Assembly: GCA_951406725.2 (NCBI GenBank)
Contig: OX597816.1
Span: 60,202,001 to 60,266,000, forward strand
Source: Octopus vulgaris
Lineage: Eukaryota
Reading direction: 5' to 3'
Length of the DNA stretch: 64,000 nucleotides
Both the position numbers and the translations under genes were made by a program. The notes beneath the pieces were generated by a model. That model did no database searches. It saw nothing but the letters and a program-made list of their open reading frames with translations, and was not told where the DNA came from. Of this stretch, positions 51,544-62,562 are shown piece by piece (the first letter of the stretch is position 1; every line of letters begins with the position of its first letter).

Positions 51544-51590
51544 ATATATATATACACACCATCATTAAAAGTAAACGGCAACCAAAATCC

Positions 51591-52064
51591 TTGAAAAGGA
51601 TTTTAACCCAAGCTAAACTGCACTCAACATCAACCACAAAACCAGCAGTTAGAAAATGTGGAAGGCCCAACTGCGGAATCTGTGTCATCTTGATAGAAGG
51701 TTCAGAATTTATACTAGAACAAGGCCATCAGTTCACCATTAGAGCAAACTTCACCTGCGCATCAGAAAACTTAATTTACGTCTTAACATGCGCAGGTTGC
51801 AATAGGCAGTATATAGGCCATACAAAAAATAGCTTACGTAACAGGATGGCGGTGCATAAATCACAAATTAGAAACCCTGAATACCAGAAAATACCGGTCA
51901 GCGGACACATAGATAGATGTGCTGGAAATGTAAATCCGAAATTTACAACTTACCCGCTTTATAAATTCAGTGACAGTGTAACCTTCATGCAATGCCAAAA
52001 TAAAGAACTGTATTTCATCAAAAAATTTAGACCAAGTTTGAACACCCTGGGCCAGGAATATTAA
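51591..52064 (+). CDS. GIY-YIG endonuclease domain with upstream Cys-rich linker (fragment, no RT)
   Basis: KCGRPNCGIC..FTCASENLIYVLTCAGCNRQYIGHT..LRNRMAVH..H..NKELYFIKKFRPSLN. Confidence 0.9.
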   Translation: MKRILTQAKLHSTSTTKPAVRKCGRPNCGICVILIEGSEFILEQGHQFTIRANFTCASENLIYVLTCAGCNRQYIGHTKNSLRNRMAVHKSQIRNPEYQKIPVSGHIDRCAGNVNPKFTTYPLYKFSDSVTFMQCQNKELYFIKKFRPSLNTLGQEY

Positions 52065-52306
52065 AACAAAACACTGGTCCTCCGAAAAGGAGAAGCGAAA
52101 TTCTACCACGGCCGCTGCCTTAAACAGTCACTCACACTGACAGAGATATGTCTTAGGGAAAGAAAAAATTTATAAAAAGATCTCTACAAGCAGATCTAAT
52201 CCTGATTCGTCAAGAAACTGATGACATATTACCTCAGTGGGCAAGCTATTGTCACCCTGCTTGGTCAGTTTCTACACACGATACAGCTAAGGGTCAGACA
52301 CGATTC

Positions 52307-52633
52307 TGATTGGTCAAAACATTGATGACGTCTCGTTCTGCTGGACTAGCCACCTAACGGGATGATTGGTCAAAACATTGATGACGTCTCATTCCGCTGG
52401 ACTAGCCACCTAACGGGATACAGTCATGGGTCAGATCTAATACAGCTATAGGTCTGACCCGATTCTGATTGGTCAAAACATTGATGACGTCTCGTTCTGC
52501 TGGACTAGCCACCTAACGGGATGATTGGTCAAAACATTGATGACGTCCCGTTCTGCTGGACTAGCCACCTAACGAGATGATTGGTCAAAACATTGATGAC
52601 GTCTTGTTCCGCTAGACTAGCCACCGAACAGGA
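52307..52633 (+). repeat. Five 56-bp units (2+3) each with inverted CCAAT and TGACGTC
   Basis: Units start at 52307, 52363, 52466, 52522, 52578: tgattggtcaaaacattgatgacgtc..gactagccacctaacggga. Confidence 0.92.
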
Positions 52634-52759
52634 TACAGTCATGGATCAGATCTAATTTCAATCTGTCAAAAACAAGGATGACGTATTTCTTCTGTGGCCA
52701 AACTGTCGTTCTGCTTGGTTGGTTTCCTAACGGGATATATTCGTTGAGACTGAGTTTTG

Positions 52760-52822
52760 ATTGGTTGGGAACTATATGACGTCAGTGAAAAATGCGAGAC
52801 AGCTAAGCTGAGCTGATATAAA
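52760..52822 (+). promoter_or_regulatory. Putative Pol II promoter of the pseudo-LTR
   Basis: ATTGG 52760-52764, perfect CRE TGACGTCA 52777-52784, TATAAA 52817-52822. Confidence 0.55.
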
Positions 52823-53180
52823 CCCAAACAATTCACAAAATTCACCAAAACTATACGAACAGACACCAACCAAAAATCATTACAGTTGCTCCCATTGGAA
52901 CACAAGGTAAAATCTAAAATGAATTCCTCGCTTTTTCAAGAACATGAATTTTTTATATTTGACTCTATTGAATGCATATCACCACTATGAACTACTACAT
53001 CATACTCTTTAAACATATAGCATGGACTCGCTTTACTATATATGAATTTTTTATGTTTGCACAGATCATGAATGGCTAAAGCTAAGTGACTCGTTCAGCC
53101 TCGCTACAACTACCTTCTATCTTTGCACTTATCATCATCGTTCTTTCACTACTCTTCGATTACCATCTCATGTATTGTAT

Positions 53181-53355
53181 TACCATCTCATTCTTTCAGT
53201 ATTCCCTCATTACCCTGTCTAGCTCAAACACATTTTTTTTGTTTAGTCTTGTCTCCCGGTTCATAGCCTACCATCTCATTCTTTCAGTATTCCCTCATTA
53301 CCCTGTCTAGCTCAAATACATTTTTTCGTTTAGTCTTGTCTCCCGGTTCATAGCC
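53181..53355 (+). repeat. 88/87-bp tandem duplication
   Basis: taccatctcattctttcag..ggttcatagcc twice. Confidence 0.9.
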
Positions 53356-53449
53356 ACTCTGATGTTTCAAACCCATTTGCTAGCTCACACGATTAACAGA
53401 ACCTCTTACTAAGCTACGGTGCACCAGCCCCCTCCCACCCCACCCCCCA

Positions 53450-55475
53450 CCTAGTCACCCGTATAGTTACTCAGGTGATACACAAATGAGTCATACCCAA
53501 TGACTGGTGTAGCAGCATAATAGTCAACTGCTACAAAGGTAAAAGTGACGCCCTAGATACAAATAACTACAGAGGTATCAAGCTGTTGGATCAGGTGATG
53601 AAGGTTACGGAGAGGGTCATAGCCCAACTAATTAGAGAGAGAGTTAGTCTAGATGAGATGCAGTTTGGGTTTGTGCCAGGGAAAAGTACTACTGACGCTA
53701 TATTCCTGGTAAGGCAACTGCAGGAGAAATACCTAGCCAAAGATAAGCCCCTGTACCTGGCTTTTGTTGACATGGAGAAAGCCTTCGACAGGGTCCCCCG
53801 ATCCCTTATCTGGTGGTCAATGAGGAAACTAGGGATAGATGAATGGTTAGTGAGAGCTGTGCGGGCCATGTATAGGGACGCTGCTAGTAAGGTGAGGGTT
53901 GGCAACGAGTACAGTGAAGAATTCCGGGTAGAGGTTGGGGTCCACCAAGGCTCAGTCCTCAGCCCCCTCCTATTTATCATTGTCCTTCAGGCAATAACGG
54001 AGGAATTCAAGACAGGATGCCCTTGGGAGCTCCTCTATGCTGATGACCTTGCTCTAATTGCTGAGTCACTATCAGAACTGGAGGAGAAGTTTCAGGTGTG
54101 GAAACAAGGATTAGAATCGAAGGGCCTCAGAGTCAATCTAGCTAAAACCAAAGTCGTAATCAGTAGGAAGGTAGACAAATCACAAATGCCTTCAGGTAGA
54201 TGGCCCTGCTCGATCTGTAGAAAAGGTGTAGGTAGAAACTCTATAAGGTGCACCAGGTGTAAGCTATGGACACATAAGAGGTGCAGCAATGTCAAAGGAA
54301 GGCTAACTAGGAAGATGGTTTTTGTATGTGGCAGATGCTCAGGAACAATAAACACTGAAAATGCTCTGAAACCAACTTCCGTCACTTTCCAGAGAGAAAA
54401 ACTAGAAATAGTTGATAGTTTCCGTTACCTAGGTGACCAAGTCAGCAGCGGGGGCGGGTGTGCTGAAAGTGTAACTGCTAGAGTAAGAATAGCTTGGGCA
54501 AAGTTCAGAGAGCTCTTACCTCTGCTGGTGACAAAAGGCCTCTCGCACAGAGTGAAAGGCAGACTGTATGATGCGTGTGTACGAACAGCCATGCTACATG
54601 GCAGTGAAACATGGGCCGTGACTGCTGAGGATATGCGTAAGCTCGCAAGAAATGAAGCCAGTATGCTCCGATGGATGTGTAATGTCAGTACTCATACTCA
54701 GCAGAGTGTAAGTACCTTGAGAGAAAAGCTGGACCTAAGAAGCATCAGTTGTGGTGTGCAAGAGAGACGTTTGTGCTGGTATGGTCATGTGGCGAGAATG
54801 GATGAAGATAGTTGTGTGAAAAAGTGCCACACCCTAGCGGTTGAGGGAACCTGCGGAAGAGGCAGACCCAGGAAAACCTGGGATGAGGTGGTGAAGCACG
54901 ACCTTTGAACTTTAGGTCTCACTGAGGAAATGACTGGAGACCGAGACCTTTGGAAGTGTGCTGTGCGCGAGAAGACCCGGCAGGACAAGTGAGTCCATAA
55001 ACCGTGGCCTTCTACATGGGATGGAGCCAGCCTACGTATGCATACCTTCCCTTCTTGGGACACAAAACTCTACTTGTGAAGACCTGTTGAGGCAAGTGAG
55101 GATCAGGATCAGAATCGAAATCGATCAATGGAAATTGCAGATGTGTTACCAGTGCCGGTGGCATGTAAGAGAACCTTCCGTTTCGCGACCGTTGCCAGCG
55201 CCGCCCTGACTGGCCTCGTGCCGGTGGCACGTAAAAAGCACCATCCGTTCGTGGCCGTTTGCCAGCTCTGTCTGGCACCTGTGCGGGTGGCACGTAAAAA
55301 GCACCCACTACACTCACGGAGTGGTTGGCGTTAGGAAGGGCATACAGCCGTAGAAACACTGCCAGATTTGACTGGGCCTGATGAAGCCTTCAGGCTTCAC
55401 AGACCCCAGTAGAACCGTCCAACCCATGCTAGCATGGAAAACGGATGCTAAACGATGATGATGATGATGATGATG
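53450..55475 (+). mobile_element. 5'-truncated RTE-clade LINE, best-preserved copy
   Basis: RT homology from LVTRIV; 3' UTR sub-repeats; (GAT)n tail; no APE domain. Confidence 0.97.
53586..54908 (+). CDS. RTE reverse transcriptase fragment with embedded PHD-like finger
   Basis: 440 aa; AFVDMEKAFDRV, GVHQGSVLSPLLF, LLYADDL, C4HC3 at 54207-54338; premature TGA before TLGLTEEM. Confidence 0.93.
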   Translation: MDQVMKVTERVIAQLIRERVSLDEMQFGFVPGKSTTDAIFLVRQLQEKYLAKDKPLYLAFVDMEKAFDRVPRSLIWWSMRKLGIDEWLVRAVRAMYRDAASKVRVGNEYSEEFRVEVGVHQGSVLSPLLFIIVLQAITEEFKTGCPWELLYADDLALIAESLSELEEKFQVWKQGLESKGLRVNLAKTKVVISRKVDKSQMPSGRWPCSICRKGVGRNSIRCTRCKLWTHKRCSNVKGRLTRKMVFVCGRCSGTINTENALKPTSVTFQREKLEIVDSFRYLGDQVSSGGGCAESVTARVRIAWAKFRELLPLLVTKGLSHRVKGRLYDACVRTAMLHGSETWAVTAEDMRKLARNEASMLRWMCNVSTHTQQSVSTLREKLDLRSISCGVQERRLCWYGHVARMDEDSCVKKCHTLAVEGTCGRGRPRKTWDEVVKHDL

Positions 55476-55541
55476 ACTCTATTGAATATTATATATGAAT
55501 TTTTTATATTTGATAGCATGAACTATCTTTTTTATATATAA

Positions 55542-55590
55542 TTTTTTTTGATAAGGTTCGTCACTTCAAGAACCGAAACATGTTAAATAA
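55542..55590 (+). ncRNA. Hammerhead-like motif, U3-A8 core variant, at the Neptune 3' end
   Basis: ttt-TTGATAA-GGTTC-gtcacttcaa-GAACC-GAAA-CATG-TT-aaa; perfect 5-bp stem II; ACATGT palindrome. Confidence 0.62.
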
Positions 55591-55652
55591 ATAATGTATA
55601 TATAAAAATTAAAATTTGTCTAATATAGCAGCATTTTCAAACTTCATTTTTT

Positions 55653-55703
<51 letters not shown>

Positions 55704-56797
55704 TTAGCGAATCACTAAATCATCCAATAATTATTGCTCAATTATAAAGATTTTTGTATTTAATGATTCAATGATAAATAAGCATAATTACATGAATAGG
55801 TACATAGGCACAAGCATTTGCTGTGAGGCTGAGAAGAGCTTGTTTCCCAACCACTTGGTTCCACATCATCCCCATCATAAGCAAGTGTCTTCCATTATAG
55901 CCTTGGGCTGACCGAAGCTTTGTGAGTGGATTTCTTAGAAGGAAACTGAAAGATGCTCATCATGTATCGATATATATATCTTTGTATGTGTATATGTGTG
56001 AGTGTTGGTGTCTGTATTTTTATGTCTCCTGGTCTTGAGATCATGTGATAGTCGTAAAAGGGTATCCCTGTCGTATAAACGGTGTCATTCATTTCCAATT
56101 TTCTGTGAAAACATGTCTGACCACGAGGAAATATTACCTTGTTTGGAAACAGGTGATGGTTGGAGACAGGGAGAGTACCCAATCATAGGAAATCTGTCTC
56201 AATAATTTGTCTGTCTTGATCTATGTAACCATGGAAAAGTGGATGTTAAAATCATGATGACAAAGATAATGATGATGATGATAATGATGATGACGACGAC
56301 AATGATAATGATGGTATTGATGATGATGATATCTTTATCTCATTTACCAACATCAGTCACATTGGGTTTCTAACCCCATCTCTCATTTTATCCACCTCTA
56401 AATTTAAATCAATCTTATTGTTTAAGTCAACAATTCTTACTTGAATAATGGGAAATTTTAATTTAAATCACTTTATATAGAAAGTTTGTATCATAGAAGC
56501 AGGGGTGGTCTTGGATGGGTGTTCAGTTTAATCCTACTACCTAATTTGGGGGTACCTGATGATAGAATTAAACTGGGCAATGGATTAAGAAACCTATAGT
56601 GTTACTGTATGCAGAACAGATCTCCAATCTGAGAATAACTTTTCTCCTGCCACCCACCCATCTTAGAGTCCTTACATAAACCCATGAATATTATTTTCCT
56701 TATCTTACAAAGCCATGGAAATAAAAACCTCATCCCTATTAAATACAGTGTTAGCCGTGAGTTATAAACAATCACTTCTCTTTATACCTCTTTAAGA

Positions 56798-56828
<31 letters not shown>

Positions 56829-57298
56829 TCTCTCCTCATAAATCATTATTGTGGCTTTTGCTTATAACCTTTGCAACCTTTTACTTTTGCTTATAACCCT
56901 TTGCAAGCCTTGACCAAAGTAATGTTGTTTGTCTTTGACATGAATAAAACCTTTTAGCTTCGCATGAATATTTTCTGGCAAATTGTCTAGATAAAGCATT
57001 TACTGAGCCAACAAAATCTCTCAGTCTGCTGGAAATATTAGTTAAATTTCCTCAAATAACACCCTACAATCTTAAAAACAATAGACCACATTAGATAGTG
57101 CGGTCCAAGATAATCTTAAAAGGACATGATGAATGAAGCTGAAATGCTTTTGATTTTTAATCTGTTCTCTCAAGATTTACCAGATTAAAACAAGAGATCG
57201 TCCCTAAAAACACACTGGACTAACTTAGACCTCTTTTAATAATTAATACTATCCTATAGCCTATCTAACCTGAGAAAGTATCCAGAAAAACAGGAGAA

Positions 57299-58110
57299 AT
57301 GCCAGAAATGTTAAGAGGAGATATGAATATCAACAACTTTAGATATGCAGGAGATACTGCCTCATTAACTTTCAACAGAGATGACCTACAGAACCTTACA
57401 ACTATAGTACAGGACAAAGGAATGCTTTGTGGGGTGGAAATAAATGTAAAGAAAAGTAAATCAGTGGTAATCAGTAAGAAACAAAGAAAGCTACTAAAAA
57501 TACATATTACAATTGAAAGAAAGCCAGATGAACAGAAACAACAAAGAACAATATATCTGGGATACTCGGAGAAAATGGGAAATGTGGAATAGATATCAAA
57601 AGAAAGATTGAGATAGTTTGGAAATCATTTGGAAAAAAAATGTTCAACATACAAGCATCAAGAAATATTAATATTGAATACAGAAAAAACATTCTTAGAA
57701 TGTTATGTATGATCCATTCTATCACATGGAGCTGGAAATGGACATTAACAAAAGCATTAACTAATAGATTAAAAGCCTTTGAGACGTGGACTTATCGAAG
57801 AATATTGTGAATATTATCATGGACAGAACATATAATGAATGATGATGTATCAAGAATGGTAAAAACTAAGAAAATCTTATGAGACACCATCAAAAAGAGA
57901 AAACTAAAATATTTTGGACATTTACTTTGAAAAAATAGTTTACACTGCTAATATAAGGAAAATGAAAATGTAAAGAGGAACACCAAGAATTATGTTAAAA
58001 AAAATACAGAACAGACTTAGAATACAGTAGATGGATAATGACAGCACAAGAAAGACCAAGATTGCAATCCATGGTATTCAACCAGCTGTGAGTGGCAGAT
58101 AGCTAATGAA
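57299..58110 (+). mobile_element. Ancient degenerate RTE-clade LINE of a different lineage (no PHD insert)
   Basis: INNFRYAGDT..EINVKKSK..YLG..WTLTK..RLKAFETWTYRRIL..SWTEH..KRKLKYFGH with stops and frameshifts. Confidence 0.85.
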
Positions 58111-58670
58111 AATGACAATTAACCTTGATTTAATTTAAACTTTGGTCTGAGGCACTAAATTCAGTAATGCTAGGCAGAAGGTATAGTCATCTCCCTCTTC
58201 TTTGCTCTATGCCACATTGCTCATGGACATTAATTCCAATCCAAGAGCACAGCAAGTCTTTTATTGGAGTTTTCATGGCTGCAGACTTGGACCAGCTGAA
58301 GGGTTTGCCAGCCCATGTAAAGGATGTTTTTAGGAGACTCCATTGGATGGTCATTGGCTCACAATGAGCCCATCATTCCTTAGCTTTTTGTCCAGTAGAG
58401 TGTCCAGAACACCCTCTTCACCTGGCAAGCCAGGTGGGGAAGCTGGTTTAATCACCAACCACCCAAATATAGCATAGGTACAGGCATGGCTGTATGGTTA
58501 AGTTGTTTGCTCTATAGCCATATTGCCTTCGGTCCAGTTGTACTGCTTGGAAGTCTATAGTACATGCATGAATGCATGCACATATATGCACACAAATAGA
58601 TATGTGCTAAAGAAAACATATTCACATGAAGCAGAAGTGTGGGTGCATGCACCTACATAGAGACACATAC

Positions 58671-58703
58671 TAATTCAGCCACATTTTCCACAGATTGCAA
58701 ACC
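58671..58703 (-). CDS. Candidate 33-nt exon (GLQSVENVAEL)
   Basis: ttcccag|GGTTTG..GAATTA|gtatgt; weak acceptor; the alternative acceptor at 58771 adds three in-frame stops. Confidence 0.3.
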
Positions 58704-58825
58704 CTGGGAACTGTCTTATCTCAAAATGTCACATCACTTTCTTAGCAACTGACTTGAACTTCATGAAGAACTTAAATAAATTTTTAAGAAAGCACACACA
58801 AACAAACACATATATGCACACACAG

Positions 58826-58883
<58 letters not shown>

Positions 58884-60253
58884 GTGTGTGTGTGTATATA
58901 TATAGAGATAGATAGATAGATATAGATACACACACACACACACACATTCACTCACACATACATACGTATGTGTGCATGTGTGTTTGCATGAAAGTTGCCA
59001 TTTCTGTGACTCATATGAGACCAGCTAAGTGAAAAACTGCCATCATGTATACATTCTTGGTGAATATTACATCCTACAACTCTATGCTCTGAAAGTAGAA
59101 GGGGAAAAAAACCCATTTCTTATAAAACAGGAAAGGCTCAGCAGCAAAAATAGGAACTGGTAGCAACAATACTGCCTTAAATAAGTACCTATCTGACACA
59201 TCCGAGCATAGAAAAAGAGATGTAAAACCAATAAATTAAGAACGGCCTCTTGACTTCTTTTATATTTATTTGAGTACAAGATACAGCACCTGTGGTCATT
59301 GCACTGTTTTTGAGATTGGCTATGTTAATGCAATGGAATATCTGCAGATTGGTATCTATGAAGGAGGAGTTCAGAAGATAAGTCTTACAAGGGTGAAATG
59401 GATTGAGTAAAATTTATAAATTATTATCCATGTTAAATTAGTTGTGTAATGATACCTCACTCGCCACTCTAGGTGGGCTCTAGGCATAAGAGCTTCCTAA
59501 AAAGGGATACAAAAAAAAAAAAAAGCTAAGAACCACTAGCTTAGAGGAACAGAAGCTGTTTTATTAGAGGTAGAAGAAACTGTTCAACTGTAATAAGCTT
59601 GTTGTTGTAGTAAGTTGCTGAGTGAGACTTCAATGCAAATGAAGCTAAATGATATATTTTAAGAAGTGTTAGACTTATGTGTTGAAGTTTAACAGTAGTA
59701 ATACTCTCCCAGATATGTAAACATTTTCTACACCACATCATGTTAGAACCAAATGGAAATCAACTGAAGTTTTACTTTTGCTTCTCTATTTGTTTTGTTT
59801 CATTTTTGGTTTTGTTTGTTAATTTTTTTCCCTCTCTTGTAATTAACTGTGTTACTATAATTGCAACAAAAATTGGAATGTTTCCTCATTTGCCCAAAGT
59901 GATGAAAACCTTGCTCTCTAAGGCATTCCAGGAACTTTTACATTTACACCAAATCAACAACACTCAATCATTTTTCTATTAGTAAAAAATGGCTTTGAAC
60001 TTTGAAAATATTTCCTGACAGTTATTAACCAATGAAAGGTAGTAGAAGCTCATTTTACAGCTTTACAGCTGCTTTGAAAGTCTGTGGTGTTGAAACAGCT
60101 TATAACAAGCATAATTCTAATTTCAGTCATACATTTAGAGTCACTATTATATCACTAGATGAGCCACCAGTATACTAACACAACAAGTGCCTATCGTACT
60201 ACCAGAATAAATACCACCATAAGTACTACTTCTACCACTAACCACATATAGTA

Positions 60254-60819
60254 TTGGGTTGTCCGGAAAGTTTGTGCCGATTTTTAAAGGAAAGAAAAAG
60301 GTTAATAAATACTTGCCATTACATTTTTAATCAACCAAATATGAACCATTTTGTTGGACAATGCATCTCCATCTTTCCTTTAACTTGAAAATACCCTTTT
60401 CCTAGAATTGAGGTGGTTTCATGGCCAAGAATTCATCGAGGTATCTTTTTACCTCATCCGAGGAATTGAAATTTTTACCTTTAAGACTATTCTGCAGAGA
60501 CCTGAATAAGTGGAAATCCGAAGGAGCAGTATCTGGTGAATATGGAGGGTGGGATAACACAACCCAGCCAAGCTGCATCAATTTTTGTCTGGTTCCAAAA
60601 GCATCAAGTGCCGAAAATGAACTTTCTTAACTTCCATTTTAAAGGGTTACAGAATTAACACGGGTTATAGGAACATAAACCTTCTTCCATGAAAAGATAG
60701 CATAAACTGTGCTCTAAATAGAGGTGTAGTCAAATCCTATTTTATGGACTCGACCATGTTCTAAAATAAGTCGAAATGTAAGCTACTATAAATCGGCACA
60801 AACTTTCCGGACAACCCAA
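60254..60819 (-). mobile_element. Internally deleted mariner transposon
   Basis: Perfect ~30-bp TIRs ttgggttgtccggaaagtttgtgccgattt, TA TSD; minus strand MEVKKVHFRHLML fused to LSHPPYSPDTAPSDFHLFRSLQN..ERWRCIVQQNGSY. Confidence 0.95.
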
Positions 60820-60845
60820 TATTATCACTACTACATGTGCATTAC

Positions 60846-61072
60846 CTATTTCTTTATTACCCACAAGGGGCTAAACACAGAGGGGACAAAGAAGGACAGA
60901 CATAGGTATTAAGTCGATTACATCGACCCCAGTGCGTAACTGGTACTTAATTTATCGACCCCGAAAGGATGAAAGGCAAAGTCGACCTCAGCGGAATTTG
61001 AACTCACAACGTAACGCAGACGAAATACCGCTAAGCATTTCGCCCGGCGTGCTAACGTTTCTGCCAGCTCGC
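60846..61072 (-). mobile_element. Young family B SINE
   Basis: CpG-rich reverse complement of the 3024-3253 type. Confidence 0.9.
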
Positions 61073-61779
61073 TATGATAACCACCATAGTTACAATTGTA
61101 CTAGTTTAGCTACAACAGCTTTGATCTACCACATCCATCATCACAATTACAACTATCCCCACATAATACTGCAACCCCCACCACATCACACTAGTCGTCC
61201 AAATACTACCAACACGACACAACTACTATGGTAACTACCCTCACATCATTGCATCATTACATTCAATATTACTACTTCAAGGAAGACAGCAAGTTGGCAG
61301 AATTGTTGACACACTGGACAAAATGCTTAGCAGTATTTTGTCTGTCTTTACACTCTGAGTTCAAATTCCACCAAGGTCGACTTTGCCTTTCATCCTTTCA
61401 GAGTTGATAGCACTAGGGTTGATGTAATTGGCTTACCTTCTCTCCTGAATTGGTGGCCAAAATTTGAAGCCAATGTTGCTAGTTCAAAGTAGAAAAAAAA
61501 AACTGCTTTCTTACAGTTACTTGATGATGTGTGTGTGTGTATGTGTGTGCACTTATGTGAATGTGTGTTACAGCTGGTTATTTTCTCCTTCCTATCCTGC
61601 AAGCTGCTAGCACAGAAAGTAACAGAACTAAATGAATAACAACGATCTTGAATACCCCTTACTTCATATTGTCTTTTAATGGGACAAGCAGTTTAGTAAA
61701 TGATATCTTACTTTTAAGGACTGAGTTTTACCACAAACTGTGTAAATCTCTTAGGAACAGACTGTCCCTACAATCTAAA

Positions 61780-61920
61780 CAGTGCCATCATAAAGTACTT
61801 TCCTTAGGATCCCATGGGTCTAGAGACCCTATATAAATCTATGTATGCTGTAGTTGTGTTTATAGGGACCACAGGACAGTGGTTTGCCCAGTGGCCTATA
61901 GTACAGTTCAGGTGACACTG
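61780..61920. mobile_element. Old hAT-type MITE
   Basis: Termini cagtgccatc / ggtgacactg; flanks aatctaaa / attctaaa (7 of 8 match). Confidence 0.55.
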
Positions 61921-62154
61921 ATTCTAAACCCAATGCTATGAAAGAGACTGTATGTTGAGTAATTTCATTGTATAGTGATTGAGTTGAGTTTGTGTCATGT
62001 TGGGGATAATTATTCTGAGTATAAGTAAATTGTCGAATTTCATCATGAATTTTGTTGCGTTTGTTGTTATTTCATTAGCTAGTGTGGTGTGAAGTGATAA
62101 TTTCATACAATGTGAGGGAGTTGTGTCATTTCATTGGGTGACAAATTCATTGGG

Positions 62155-62562
62155 TCTCTTTTACTCTTTTACTTGTTTCAGTCATTTGACTGCGGCCATG
62201 CTGGAGCACTGCCTTTAGTCGAGCAAATCGACCTCAGGACTTATTCTTTGTAAGCCTAGTACTTATTCTATCGGTCTCTTTTGCTGAATTGCTAAGCTAT
62301 GGAGGACATAAACACACCAGCATCAGTTGTCAAGCGATATTGGGGGTGAGGGACAAACACAGACACACAAACACACACACATACATATACATATATATGA
62401 CGGGCTTCTTTTAGTTTCCGTCTAACAAATCCACTCACTAGGCTTTGGTCGGCCCGAGGCTATAGTAGAAAACACTTACCCAAGGTGCCATGCAATGGTA
62501 CTGAACCCGGGACCATGTGGTTGGTAAGCAAGCTACTTACCACACAGCCACTCTTGCACCTA
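62155..62562 (-). mobile_element. Full-length family A SINE
   Basis: Reverse complement of the 26231 type. Confidence 0.92.

Larger units (their letters stand above)
51554..55656 (+). mobile_element. 5'-truncated Neptune-type Penelope-like element flanked by (TA)n, interrupted by an RTE insertion
   Basis: GIY-YIG ORF, sub-repeated pseudo-LTR whose gaattttttatatttg|actctattgaat unit resumes at 55476, then a hammerhead-like motif and (TA)n. Confidence 0.8.

Noticed and set aside
52307-52633. CRISPR-like regular repeats
   Set aside because: Units are contiguous tandem copies without unique spacers, there are no cas genes, and the context is eukaryotic.
58671-58770. Resemblance of GLQSVENVAEL to the glycogen phosphorylase N-terminus
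   Set aside because: Match is about 7 residues; the following conserved FNRHLHFTLVKDR is absent and the joined exons are unrelated.
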